IMG/VR virus record: IMGVR_UViG_3300030430_005159
Span: 1-55,082 of that record
Direction: 5' to 3' (one strand)
DNA: 55,082 bases
DNA from: a virus
Taxonomy: Duplodnaviria; Caudoviricetes
Shown here: in pieces, positions 1 through 8,486 of the stretch
Position numbering within the stretch: position 1 is the stretch's first letter
Layout of the letters: the number at the start of each line of letters is the position of its first letter
Translations under genes and position numbers: made by a program
Notes under the pieces: model-generated
What the model was told of the DNA's origin: nothing
Database searches by the model: none
Seen by the model: the letters and a program-made list of their open reading frames with translations, nothing else

Positions 1-1
1 G

Positions 2-55
2 CCCCCAGAAGGTTACGCAAGAATCGATGACCAGCTAATCAAGCTGATACCGTAG
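2..55 (+). CDS. 3' end of a truncated gene, probable DUF2589-family paralog
   Basis: Frame from nt 2 reads PPEGYARIDDQLIKLIP*, matching the PPEGLMKVLDML C-terminal motif of the next gene; the stop overlaps a GGAG RBS. Confidence 0.55.
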   Translation, partial: PPEGYARIDDQLIKLIP

Positions 56-64
56 GAGTGAACA

Positions 65-667
65 GTGGCAGATCAACTTGTAAAGATGTCAGACCAGTTT
101 GGTGGTCTTCCCATGGACCAACTCATTGGTGGACCTCTGAAGGCGGCCTGTAGCGCTCAAACGTTGCTTGCTAAGGCTTCCAGTGACTTCATCAAGGACG
201 TGGGGCTCGACACCGACGCAGGCGGCAACATGGCCGCACGCACAGTTGATTTCAGCTTCAATCGACCAAGCACAGCAGCAGACGGCACCGCCACCATGGA
301 AAAGGTGGATCTTCAGGTGCCGCTGCTTGCCATCATCAACACCCCCAGCTTGTCAGTCAAAGAGGCTGAGGTTCGATTTACAATGGAAGTGAAGTCTTCC
401 ACATCGAGCAAAACAACCTCAGATAGCAAGGCTGACCTGACTGCTAAAGCAAAGTACAACGCTGGCTTGTTTAGCTGCGAAGTTACGGTTCACGGTTCAG
501 TGGCAAACCACAGCGAAAACACTCGCGCGTCGGACAACAGCGCCAAGTACGACGTCAAGGTGGTCGCACGGGACGACGGGCCTCCAGAGGGGCTCATGAA
601 GGTTCTGGACATGCTGAACGACGCGATTGCACCATCGCCGACTCCAGCCACCACAACCAAGAAATAA
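65..667 (+). CDS. DUF2589-family protein
   Basis: 200-aa ORF, GTG start after AGGAG; motifs FGGLPMDQLIGGPLKAA, VPLLAIINTPSL, FTMEVKS, SAKYDVKV, PPEGL recognised as DUF2589-like. Confidence 0.75.
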   Translation: MADQLVKMSDQFGGLPMDQLIGGPLKAACSAQTLLAKASSDFIKDVGLDTDAGGNMAARTVDFSFNRPSTAADGTATMEKVDLQVPLLAIINTPSLSVKEAEVRFTMEVKSSTSSKTTSDSKADLTAKAKYNAGLFSCEVTVHGSVANHSENTRASDNSAKYDVKVVARDDGPPEGLMKVLDMLNDAIAPSPTPATTTKK

Positions 668-673
668 CGTCCC

Positions 674-750
674 CCTGACCCCCCACCCATGTCGCTTGTC
701 CCATCTCGGGGCGTGAGCATGGGCGATTCCTACCGGGTGGGGGGCTCAGG
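674..750. terminator. GC-rich stem-loop between convergent genes (possible bidirectional terminator)
   Basis: CCTGACCCCCCACCC pairs with GGGTGGGGGG(C)TCAGG, with an inner TCGC..CCCAT/ATGGG.CGA stem; lies between the + stop (667) and - stop (752); no clear U-tract. Confidence 0.45.
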
Positions 751-751
751 C

Positions 752-1138
752 CTATTTGGGGACCTGAACGATCTCAATGTCGACCATGCCTTCCTGTGTG
801 CAATCGACAATATCAAAAGAGATATCTGATGGCAGGTCACTTACTTTCGAAAGAAAGCTGAAGGTGGCCGAGCGGAGCCGAGCAATGGACTCCTCGTCGT
901 TGCACTTCGGCGAGATCGTCACCACAGTTTTGGACACAAGCTCCGGCTCTGGAGCGGGCTCAGGGTCAACCGATACTTCAGGCTCAGGTGGAGGCAATGG
1001 TGTCGGCTCTGGTTCCGGCACGATCTCCACAGGTTTCGGCTTTGGTTTTTTTGAGCGACCGTCACCCTCAACAGCAAAGCTCAAGCCGGCCGGGAGGATG
1101 ACAAAGGTGCCCAGAAAAATCAGAGCCGTGACAATCAT
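752..1138 (-). CDS. Secreted or membrane-anchored Pro/Glu-rich hypothetical protein (lysis region)
   Basis: N-terminal hydrophobic signal, PEPEP linker, small C-terminal domain with 2 Cys; start overlaps the upstream stop. Confidence 0.6.
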   Translation of the reverse strand: MIVTALIFLGTFVILPAGLSFAVEGDGRSKKPKPKPVEIVPEPEPTPLPPPEPEVSVDPEPAPEPELVSKTVVTISPKCNDEESIARLRSATFSFLSKVSDLPSDISFDIVDCTQEGMVDIEIVQVPK

Positions 1139-1773
1139 TTCTGCTCAGTGATCTCGAACAACTCATCAATCCGCTTCTTCATGCGCTTGATTTGACGCTC
1201 GACATCTTCACCGTCGAAGTCTGCTGAGATCATGGATGTCTTCTTTTGCACGGCGCTCAGCTTCGACTTTACGTCATCCAACTCAGCCTGCATCTTTTGA
1301 GTTGCGGCTTGGCAAGCAGGAGGCTGTTGTCCGTCCATTCCTTTGGACTGTGCTTCGATCTTGAGCTTCTGCATCTCTTGTTCATGCTTCTGCTCGGCAC
1401 GGTCACGGTAGTAGCTCCATGCTTTTGATCCACCGGCAACGGCCATACCAGCCAACGCAATCGCCACCATAGGGGCATAGTCGCCCCCAAGGGATTGGGC
1501 GGCGTCAGCGGCCGCTGTGATGTCCTGAGCAACGCCAACAGACTCTACAAGATCTGGCACGGCAGGAGTTGCCGCAGTCTCAACAGCCGCTGGTGCAGGC
1601 TCTGGAACAGGATCCGGCGCCTTCTCGGGTGCAGGTGGCGGTTTCGGTGCCTCTTGTTTGGTTTCGTTTGCCACAGGTTTTGTCTCCTCTTCAACAGGCT
1701 TTTCGTCGTAGATCCGAATCGGGGAGCCCACATCGAGCTTACAGTCAGACCCCTCTTGTACCACGCACTCCAT
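1135..1773 (-). CDS. Membrane protein with Pro/Ala linker, central TM helix and C-terminal coiled coil (lysis region)
   Basis: 212 aa; TM segment YAPMVAIALAGMAVAGG followed by heptad-rich charged helices. Confidence 0.65.
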   Translation of the reverse strand: MECVVQEGSDCKLDVGSPIRIYDEKPVEEETKPVANETKQEAPKPPPAPEKAPDPVPEPAPAAVETAATPAVPDLVESVGVAQDITAAADAAQSLGGDYAPMVAIALAGMAVAGGSKAWSYYRDRAEQKHEQEMQKLKIEAQSKGMDGQQPPACQAATQKMQAELDDVKSKLSAVQKKTSMISADFDGEDVERQIKRMKKRIDELFEITEQK

Positions 1774-1779
1774 CGAGAC

Positions 1780-2088
1780 CTACTTGTTCCGATCCAAGAT
1801 GCGTTCGAGCTTTGCCACGATGTCATTGTGAACTGCCGTGCGTGCAATCAAAAAGTCTTTGGACTGGGAGTCTTCGCGGTCCCGATACTCTTTGATCACA
1901 TTGTCGTAACGCTCACGCATACGCTCTGTGCGTTCGTCATATTCGGCTCGCATTTGTTCTACCTGATCCTGAAAACCTTCAACAAGCTTGTCGAGGCGCT
2001 TCTGCATCGTAATGAACTGGTACAGCAGGAAGGCCGCGAATACTCCGAGGTGGCCGTCTGCAAGCAGCGAGTCGACCAGCGCTTCCAT
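1780..2088 (-). CDS. Putative holin, BhlA/UviB-like (single N-terminal TM plus charged coiled coil)
   Basis: LLADGHLGVFAAFLLYQFI then charged helix; immediately downstream of the endolysin and translationally coupled. Confidence 0.55.
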   Translation of the reverse strand: MEALVDSLLADGHLGVFAAFLLYQFITMQKRLDKLVEGFQDQVEQMRAEYDERTERMRERYDNVIKEYRDREDSQSKDFLIARTAVHNDIVAKLERILDRNK

Positions 2089-2675
2089 CAGACCAAGCCT
2101 TTCTCTTCTTCAAGGATCAACGTGTAAGAAAACGCGTTCCCCCATTTGTCGCGAGCCTTCCGGCAGATGACCATAAACTCATCGAAGTCAGACTCGTTGG
2201 CGAATACTTGGCACCCAGCAGACCACTTATCGATTTGAGTCGAGTGGGCGCCGGCTTTGTGAATGTTGATGCCGTAAAAGCCTTCAGTAATCGAGTCGGG
2301 GTCACAATCGATGACATCATCCTTGTTGTCATCCCGATACACCTTGACGGTGCCGTTGCGCTGACACAGTGCTTCGTACTTGCCTTGATGCAAATCAATC
2401 TTCCACACGCTTCGATACTGACCGGGAACCAATACTGCGGTGCCGTTCACATTGGTCGGGTTTTCGAGCCAATACTTGCCCGGTTCTGTGGTGCATGGCC
2501 ACGCCTTCTCGATCCAATCTCCATCTTCGTCTTTGTACACGCAGTGAATCGTGTCATCGAAGCGATTGGGCTCATGGTGGGCGCTGCGAATGCCAATGAT
2601 GTTGATGTTGTACTCACCATTGAGAAAAACGGTGTGACCCAACGATTTGGCGTAGTCAAGAATCTCAGGATGCAT
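2088..2675 (-). CDS. Putative endolysin, L,D-transpeptidase (YkuD-like) fold cysteine peptidase
   Basis: Real start most likely MHPEIL at 2675 (the longer ORF overlaps the upstream gene); motifs IIGIR, NRFDD, TTEPG, GINIH...WSAGCQV (His/Cys catalytic pair); flanked by membrane genes. Confidence 0.75.
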   Translation of the reverse strand: MHPEILDYAKSLGHTVFLNGEYNINIIGIRSAHHEPNRFDDTIHCVYKDEDGDWIEKAWPCTTEPGKYWLENPTNVNGTAVLVPGQYRSVWKIDLHQGKYEALCQRNGTVKVYRDDNKDDVIDCDPDSITEGFYGINIHKAGAHSTQIDKWSAGCQVFANESDFDEFMVICRKARDKWGNAFSYTLILEEEKGLV

Positions 2676-2676
2676 T

Positions 2677-2985
2677 TCAGTTACCACTACTGCAATTGGC
2701 GTTTGTGGCTTGGCAAATCTGTGCGATGTTGACTGCTTGGTGCTGTTGATTTTCAAGCATCTTTGAAACAATGTCTTCCATTTTATCCAGACGCTTTTCA
2801 ACACCTTCAATTTTGACATCGACCACCTCTTGATGAGTAAGCGTGTTTGCTTTCTTGCTTTCCAGCACAGTGACACGCTTGTCGAGGTCTTCCACATCCT
2901 GAGCCGCAGACTCAAGGGAGGCAAATGATACACCTGCCGCGAAAATCACCGTCAGAGCAGGCACTGCGATATCTTTGACTTCCAC
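2677..2985 (-). CDS. Small TM plus coiled-coil protein (holin/antiholin-like)
   Basis: GTG start after GAGG; IAVPALTVIFAAGVSFA TM then heptad repeats; directly upstream of the endolysin. Confidence 0.6.
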   Translation of the reverse strand: MEVKDIAVPALTVIFAAGVSFASLESAAQDVEDLDKRVTVLESKKANTLTHQEVVDVKIEGVEKRLDKMEDIVSKMLENQQHQAVNIAQICQATNANCSSGN

Positions 2986-2996
2986 GGCACACCTCT

Positions 2997-3380
2997 TTAC
3001 TGTTCAGCGATCTCAGGACAACTATAAGACCCAAGCAGCTTATCCGTCAACTTGGATGGTTCGCATCGTTGCTTGTCTGTTTCACCCGTCCGAATGCACA
3101 GCGCCCACATGCATTGGAGGGACATTGGATCACCGCCAACCTCTTTGATGCAGGGCGGAGGCAGGTCGGTCAGCTTGTCTGCAATCTGACTCTCTCGCTG
3201 AGCCTGCTCCACCGATACTGCCTGCACCTTATCGACCAAGGCTTGATTGCCAGTATTCAACTCTTTGATGGCGTCAGTTTGAGCCTCAAGCGCTTTTGCT
3301 CCGGCATCCGGCTTCAAGCCCCAGCCTGCACCAAAACCCACCCCAAGTGCAGCTAAGACAGCTATAGATGCGATTGTCAT
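2997..3380 (-). CDS. Signal-anchored coiled-coil protein with Cys-rich C-terminus (possible i-spanin-like)
   Basis: Start MTIASIAVLAALGVGFGAGW at 3380; coiled coil then 5 Cys; lysis context. Confidence 0.55.
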   Translation of the reverse strand: MTIASIAVLAALGVGFGAGWGLKPDAGAKALEAQTDAIKELNTGNQALVDKVQAVSVEQAQRESQIADKLTDLPPPCIKEVGGDPMSLQCMWALCIRTGETDKQRCEPSKLTDKLLGSYSCPEIAEQ

Positions 3381-3491
3381 TTCATTCACTTCGAAAAAAT
3401 TTGATGAATCAGAAACAGTCATTGCACAGCACAAATCATCATTAGAGCGCTACATCAGCAAACAATGACTGCTTGATGATAGTAGATGATT

Positions 3492-3752
3492 TTACTTTTT
3501 TGTTGTTGATCGTTTTTTGGGTGCAGCTTTTTTGGCTGCCGGCTTTTTCGCGACAGGTTTTTTAGCTGTTGTAGATTTTTTAGAAGTTTTAGATTTTGCA
3601 TCAGCTTTCAAAGATGCAATTTCAGTTTCGAGGTCCGCAATCTTGGTTTCAAGCAAACTGATTACCTTCAACAAATCGTATCCGGCAGACCGGGCATTGC
3701 CGAACTTCGACTGGAGTTGAATCTTTGCTTTCGAAATCGTTTGATCAATCAT
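3492..3752 (-). CDS. Small protein with coiled coil and histone-H1-like Lys/Ala/Pro tail
   Basis: C-terminus KKSTTAKKPVAKKPAAKKAAPKKRSTTKK; AGGTG RBS. Confidence 0.7.
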   Translation of the reverse strand: MIDQTISKAKIQLQSKFGNARSAGYDLLKVISLLETKIADLETEIASLKADAKSKTSKKSTTAKKPVAKKPAAKKAAPKKRSTTKK

Positions 3753-3759
3753 TTTTCAC

Positions 3760-4152
3760 CTATGAGGAAAGAACCGTTACTTTAATGTCAGCGGTTGGTG
3801 GAGTTTGGCTCGAAAGCGCTGCGCTTGTGACGTTCCAAAAACTCAAACCACTCGAAAACGCCCAACCGCCAGAAATGACGTAAGTGGTTTTTTCACCGAT
3901 CGGAGCATACAAGACCAACTCCGGGATCGAGGAAGAGTTGCCACCACCCGTAACGTTGCTGCTCGCGTCAATAATCTTGACGTAACAAGCCGGCTCGTCG
4001 GTTGTGGCGATACCCGCAGTGGCATCGATTTCAACCATGAAGAGTGACCCGGTGCCAGCGGTAACATGCACAGCGGGAGTGTTATCTGCATCGGTGTCGA
4101 CAACGAGTTTTGGAGCAAGGTCGTCTTTGACCGATGTGAGTGCAACAGACAT
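3760..4152 (-). CDS. Small beta-rich virion protein (paralog family, copy 4)
   Basis: 130 aa; shares the YVKI.D...P..V..P......I..G..F..GLS pattern with 4152-4526, 47336-47728 and 47738-48112. Confidence 0.7.
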   Translation of the reverse strand: MSVALTSVKDDLAPKLVVDTDADNTPAVHVTAGTGSLFMVEIDATAGIATTDEPACYVKIIDASSNVTGGGNSSSIPELVLYAPIGEKTTYVISGGWAFSSGLSFWNVTSAALSSQTPPTADIKVTVLSS

Positions 4153-4526
4153 TAGTGCTCCGTCACGATGGTAACAGCGATTGCTTCTTGACCGGACACG
4201 CTGGGTGTCGTGTTGTCAGCCGGTGTAGCGTTTTCCGTAGCCGCAGCAGACAAGGCCGTGAAAGCAACGCCATTAGGGATTTCGAAGGTATACGTGCTCG
4301 CAGCGGGGCATGAAAAAATCCAATCAGGGTTGGTCGAACCCGATGTCGCGGTCACTGCGTTGTAAAGCTTCACGAAAACCGCCGCGTTGTTGCTGTTCGC
4401 GATTTTTACAGAGACAAGCCTACCGGGCCCATCCGTAAGATTAGACGTGACAGAATTTGTTGTCTGAGAGTTGAACGAGATCTTGTAGGAAACGGCCCCG
4501 TCAAATTTGGTCGTAACAAATGCCAT
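4152..4526 (-). CDS. Small beta-rich virion protein (paralog family, copy 3)
   Basis: 124 aa; VKIANSNNAAVFVKLYN...PDWIFSCP...IPNGVAFTALS. Confidence 0.7.
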   Translation of the reverse strand: MAFVTTKFDGAVSYKISFNSQTTNSVTSNLTDGPGRLVSVKIANSNNAAVFVKLYNAVTATSGSTNPDWIFSCPAASTYTFEIPNGVAFTALSAAATENATPADNTTPSVSGQEAIAVTIVTEH

Positions 4527-4529
4527 TCA

Positions 4530-4721
4530 TCACTTCTTCGAGATTGCGCTCATTGCTTTTTCGGCAGAATCGCCAGCGATATAAGCAAGGCTAAGATACA
4601 GCCACTGCTCAGAATCAAGAAGACCACCGGCCAACAGTACAGTTCCGAGAAGGAGCACAGCAAGTCGCCGCCACGATACTCGCTTTTGCGAGCAAAAAAG
4701 TTTGTCGATAAAAGTCTGCAT
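4530..4721 (-). CDS. Small 2-TM membrane protein (holin-like)
   Basis: 63 aa; SWRRLAVLLLGTVLLAGG and WLYLSLAYIAG hydrophobic helices. Confidence 0.6.
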   Translation of the reverse strand: MQTFIDKLFCSQKRVSWRRLAVLLLGTVLLAGGLLDSEQWLYLSLAYIAGDSAEKAMSAISKK

Positions 4722-4744
4722 CAGATTCTCTCAAATAAATTGTA

Positions 4745-5920
4745 CTAAAGCGGCAAGACTACGTCGCAGGTAACCGATGTAAAGTCATCCGAACTGTCTG
4801 CGCCTTGATTGTCGGCAATCTGACTCCACGATGCACCGGCGTTTGTGGACTCCCAAACATCACCATCACTGCAAGCGAGAAGCCATGTGGATCCATCGGT
4901 TGCAACGTCTCGAATACCGTCACTGGACATGCTCAAAGTCACAAGGTTGCTGTTGCTGATCACCTTGCCATTTACGTCAAAGTAGTACAGATCGGATTCG
5001 TTTTTGTTGGTTGTGGCAACGACACGACCTGAAGCGTCTGCGGCCATTTGTCCCTTGTCACCATTGCTCGACATGTGCAAAAGATTGTTCAGTCGAACTT
5101 CGTCTCCCCAATCCGTGATATCAGACGCAGCGCAGGAGCGAACATGAACTTGAGAACTATTGCTGTACATGATCACCCACGAGTTGTTGGTGAAAATGAT
5201 CGCATGGATTCGTCCGGGAACTCCTTTGCCCTGCCCACTACTGAAAGGAGTTGACACAGCAAAGGAAGCACCATCGTTCGTGCTGTAGTAAAAACGATTT
5301 GCCTGAGCGAAAGCCCACTTTCCTAATCCATCGCTAGCAATTCCATTGATAAAAACGCTGCTACTGTGCCCTGAAAGACTCGAAAGATCGATCGCGCTCC
5401 AGTTCGCGCCTCCATCCGTAGATCGATAGATGTCTTCGTCCCCTTGGTGACCAACAGCCATCCAAGTACCGGAAACGGTTCCGTCCGATCGAGCACCCCA
5501 AAGAACCTGCATGATGTTCTTTTTGTTGGTGGCTCCTCCACCCTCTGCTGCCGAGTTGGTCGAAACGTCGGTCCAAGAGGCGGTTGAGGTCACATCGGTG
5601 CCTGAAACCTGAAGCTCACGCGCTCCACCGTCCCGTGTGCAAATGTAAATGCCACTTCCACTGTTGTCTTTTCCAAATGCAATATCAAAGTCGTTGTCGT
5701 TGGTGTCTGCGCTGGAGATGCTGTCGTATGTTGTCCACGAGGTGCGGTCGCTGTTAGCGGCATGTGCAATGAGTGCATCATCTGCACCGATCACCCAACG
5801 GGTAGCACCCAGCGATGGCGACGTAAAGCCATTGCATTCTGCGATCGACGCGTAGGCTACCCCGTTGATCTCAACGATGTCTGCGGCTGCAACGTCGTTG
5901 ACTTTTGTGTAATCAGGCAT
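4745..5920 (-). CDS. BNR/Asp-box beta-propeller protein, probable receptor-binding fibre tip
   Basis: Asp-boxes YRSTDGGANW, YYSTNDGASF, WESTNAGASW; N-terminal repeated xxVN/INGV motif; follows the fibre gene. Confidence 0.75.
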   Translation of the reverse strand: MPDYTKVNDVAAADIVEINGVAYASIAECNGFTSPSLGATRWVIGADDALIAHAANSDRTSWTTYDSISSADTNDNDFDIAFGKDNSGSGIYICTRDGGARELQVSGTDVTSTASWTDVSTNSAAEGGGATNKKNIMQVLWGARSDGTVSGTWMAVGHQGDEDIYRSTDGGANWSAIDLSSLSGHSSSVFINGIASDGLGKWAFAQANRFYYSTNDGASFAVSTPFSSGQGKGVPGRIHAIIFTNNSWVIMYSNSSQVHVRSCAASDITDWGDEVRLNNLLHMSSNGDKGQMAADASGRVVATTNKNESDLYYFDVNGKVISNSNLVTLSMSSDGIRDVATDGSTWLLACSDGDVWESTNAGASWSQIADNQGADSSDDFTSVTCDVVLPL

Positions 5921-5923
5921 TTG

Positions 5924-7987
5924 TTAGAGCGTAATGGTTGTGGATGACGGATTGAAGTAGATGACGTTCGTGGTGGCTGTTCCATACCCAACGATGCGAA
6001 CGTGATCGCCCGCCGCCGATGGAGCAGTGAAATCGATTTGCGACTCTGCCTCGCTGACGTAACAGGGTTGGCCAACCGCGAATGTGCCCTCGATGTAGCT
6101 GTTTAGTTTGAAAAACCCTTTCAGCAGAATGCCCGCGCTAATCGCGTCACCCAGTGCAATACCAATCAAAGAATTCGTGGAGCCTACAGCGTCTGCGTCC
6201 GCATACTTCCAATTTCCGCCGGGATGCAAATACATGAGTCTTCCGGCCGAAAGGGAGTCGGTCCCATCCTCAGTTCCGAAGTAAACAATCTCACCGATGC
6301 CTGTATCGTTTGCAAGGTTCGCGATCCCACCAAAGTTGCTGGTGACGCCGAAGGTATCAAAGATGGCCACGGGTGTCGCGCTGTGCGCGCCGGTACCGCT
6401 GCTGGTGGGGATGCCCGATGCAATCTCAACGGAGCCGGGGACCCCCGTACCAGTGCCCAGTCCACCACCGATCGTGATGTTTTTTCCGTCTTGGTTTGTC
6501 CCAGATGTCGCCGTTGCCGATACGTTCGGCAGAGAACTTCCTCCTGTAATACTGACAAGGTCAGCACCGTTGACTCGTAGCTTGATCTCGTTGTCCGTGC
6601 CGAAGTCAATAAGGTTGTCGGCATCGCGACCGATGGTCAGGCTCGCATTCTTGATTTCTGAGATTGCGCTATGGGTTGCAGCCATGCGCGCCGCGGACAG
6701 TGTGCCGGTCGAGATGTTTGATGCATTGAGTGTCGTCAAACTGGCGCCGCTACCAGAAAACACTGTGCTTGACAGTGTCCCCGTGCTTGGGTTGTAGGTC
6801 AGGTTGCCATCCATCTCCAGACCAACGTTGCCCGTACTCGAAGTCGCATCCTCAACAAACGTAATGAGGTTTTCTTCGTTCGTGCTTTCGTTGTCTGTGA
6901 CAAGGACATGGGATGCGTTTGTTGCGTTCGTTGCATTCGTCGCGTTCGTTGCGTTGGTCGCATTCGTAGCGTTTGTGACCGTTACACCGGCAATGACCGT
7001 GTTGAGTGCGACACCACCGACTGTAATCGCGTCAGCTTCCAAAGTGCCGTCAAAGTCTCCATCAACGGCGTCAATGTTGCCTTTGAACACTGTAGCCGTC
7101 AACGTGCCACTGCTTGGGTTGTACGTGAGGTCTCCGTCCATTTCAAGGCCCACGTTACCGGTGGTGCTCGTGGCATCCTCAACAAACGCCAACAGGCACT
7201 CCTCGTCAGTGCTTTCATTGTCAGTCACAAGAACATGTGAGGCATTCGTAGCGTTCGTGGCATTTGTCGCATTCGTCGCATTGGTCGCATTGGTCGCGTT
7301 TGTAACTGTAACGCCAGCAATCACGGTATTCAGTGCTGTACCACCCACTGTGATGGCATCAGCTTCAAGCGTGCCGTCGATGTCCGCATCACCACTGATG
7401 TCCAGCGATCCAGCATCCAACTCGCCTGTGAGCGTGACGTTGCGGAACCCTGTGATGTCTTTGTTAGTGTCGACCGTAACGGCCTTGGATGCAACAACTG
7501 TTCCGGCCGTTGAACCATCAAGCTTGTTGAGTTCCGCAGTGCTCAGTGTTGCGCCATCCAGAATCTCAAGCTCTGTTTCGGTGATTGCGGCGCTGCCGAT
7601 CGTGAAACCTGTGGCGGTCACGACTCCCGACGAGGTAATTGCGCCAGTCTTCAAAGCAGCGTCCGTAAGTGACAAGTCACCAGTTGAGGCGCCTGTAAAC
7701 GTGCCTGTAGCAACCGTGACCTTGTCTTCGCTTTCGTCCCATCCAATAAACACGTTGTTCGAGCTACCACGCTCAATGACAAGCCCTGCATCGCCAGATG
7801 GCGTACCAGAGGTTCCGTTTGCCAACTCAATTAGCTTGTCCGAGATGACGCTGTTGGTCGTAGCAATTGTGGTCGTTGTCCCGTTTACGGTCAAACTTCC
7901 AGTGATGACGGCATCGCCACTAATATCAGCATCGGTAGCGCTGATTTTTTGTCCGCGCCCAGTAAAAGATCCGTTGAATGTGGGCAT
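5924..7987 (-). CDS. Tail or head fibre protein with internal duplication
   Basis: 687 aa, Gly/Thr/Ala-rich; fibre motifs LTVNGTTTTI, DAGLVIERG, LTYNPSxGTL; C-terminal ILLKG...YVS...TAP...VRIVGY...YFNP domain. Confidence 0.8.
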   Translation of the reverse strand: MPTFNGSFTGRGQKISATDADISGDAVITGSLTVNGTTTTIATTNSVISDKLIELANGTSGTPSGDAGLVIERGSSNNVFIGWDESEDKVTVATGTFTGASTGDLSLTDAALKTGAITSSGVVTATGFTIGSAAITETELEILDGATLSTAELNKLDGSTAGTVVASKAVTVDTNKDITGFRNVTLTGELDAGSLDISGDADIDGTLEADAITVGGTALNTVIAGVTVTNATNATNATNATNATNATNASHVLVTDNESTDEECLLAFVEDATSTTGNVGLEMDGDLTYNPSSGTLTATVFKGNIDAVDGDFDGTLEADAITVGGVALNTVIAGVTVTNATNATNATNATNATNATNASHVLVTDNESTNEENLITFVEDATSSTGNVGLEMDGNLTYNPSTGTLSSTVFSGSGASLTTLNASNISTGTLSAARMAATHSAISEIKNASLTIGRDADNLIDFGTDNEIKLRVNGADLVSITGGSSLPNVSATATSGTNQDGKNITIGGGLGTGTGVPGSVEIASGIPTSSGTGAHSATPVAIFDTFGVTSNFGGIANLANDTGIGEIVYFGTEDGTDSLSAGRLMYLHPGGNWKYADADAVGSTNSLIGIALGDAISAGILLKGFFKLNSYIEGTFAVGQPCYVSEAESQIDFTAPSAAGDHVRIVGYGTATTNVIYFNPSSTTITL
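6773..7378 (-). repeat. Two ~279-bp direct repeats (327-bp period) in the fibre gene, each with a tandem Asn-Ala-Thr array
   Basis: DGTLEADAITVGG.ALNTVIAGVTVT(NAT)5NASHVLVTDNEST...LTYNPS.GTL encoded at ~7100-7378 and ~6773-7051. Confidence 0.9.
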
Positions 7988-7996
7988 CGTCCTTCC

Positions 7997-8425
7997 TTAT
8001 GTTTCGGTGTGCCAATGCAGTCGAGCCTTGCTGACCTTACAGGGTTCTCCGGGCTTGATCCACACGTAGCATTTTCCGGCTTCTGATTGTCCCGATGGGG
8101 CGGTAATGAACAGCTTGTCCAATGAGATGACACAGTGAACCACGCCGCTCGAACCGCCCGTAGTTACTGCTACACCCGTGATTTTCGATGTCAGCGGATC
8201 GTCCCCTGTCGAATCCCACGTCATGTAGACCGCAATATCATCTGTGCCCGCATATTCCGTGAGAACCAAATCAAGCTGTGAAAACGAGCAAGACTGAGGC
8301 AGCGCTCGTGACTTTGCATCACTGGGGGTACCCGTGGTCTGCTCAGCCAAAAGCGTAGATGTGAAAACAGATGTGTCCGTAATGTTCGTCACTGCCGTAT
8401 TCGTGATGAACCCTGATCGAGCCAT
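7997..8425 (-). CDS. Hypothetical virion structural protein
   Basis: 142 aa beta-rich; AGGAGG RBS at 8431-8436. Confidence 0.65.
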   Translation of the reverse strand: MARSGFITNTAVTNITDTSVFTSTLLAEQTTGTPSDAKSRALPQSCSFSQLDLVLTEYAGTDDIAVYMTWDSTGDDPLTSKITGVAVTTGGSSGVVHCVISLDKLFITAPSGQSEAGKCYVWIKPGEPCKVSKARLHWHTET

Positions 8426-8444
8426 GCGAGCCTCCTAATAAAGG

Positions 8445-8474
8445 GATTGAGGGGGCCTTAAAGCCCCCCGAATC
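8445..8474 (-). terminator. Stem-loop downstream of 8487-9095
   Basis: GATT-GAGGGGGC/GCCCCCCG-AATC inverted repeat followed by CCCTTTATT on the minus strand. Confidence 0.5.
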
Positions 8475-8486
8475 AGTGGTTCAGGA

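Noticed and set aside
2676-2933. 86-aa N-terminal extension of the endolysin ORF
   Set aside because: Overlaps the well-formed 2677-2985 gene; the ATG at 2675 fits operon spacing.
6773-7378. DGR template/variable repeat reading of the fibre duplication
   Set aside because: Both copies are in frame mid-gene, differences are largely synonymous and not adenine-specific, and no reverse transcriptase is present.
6804-8069. 421-aa plus-strand ORF with FVAFVA repeats
   Set aside because: Antisense shadow of the fibre gene's NAT repeats.
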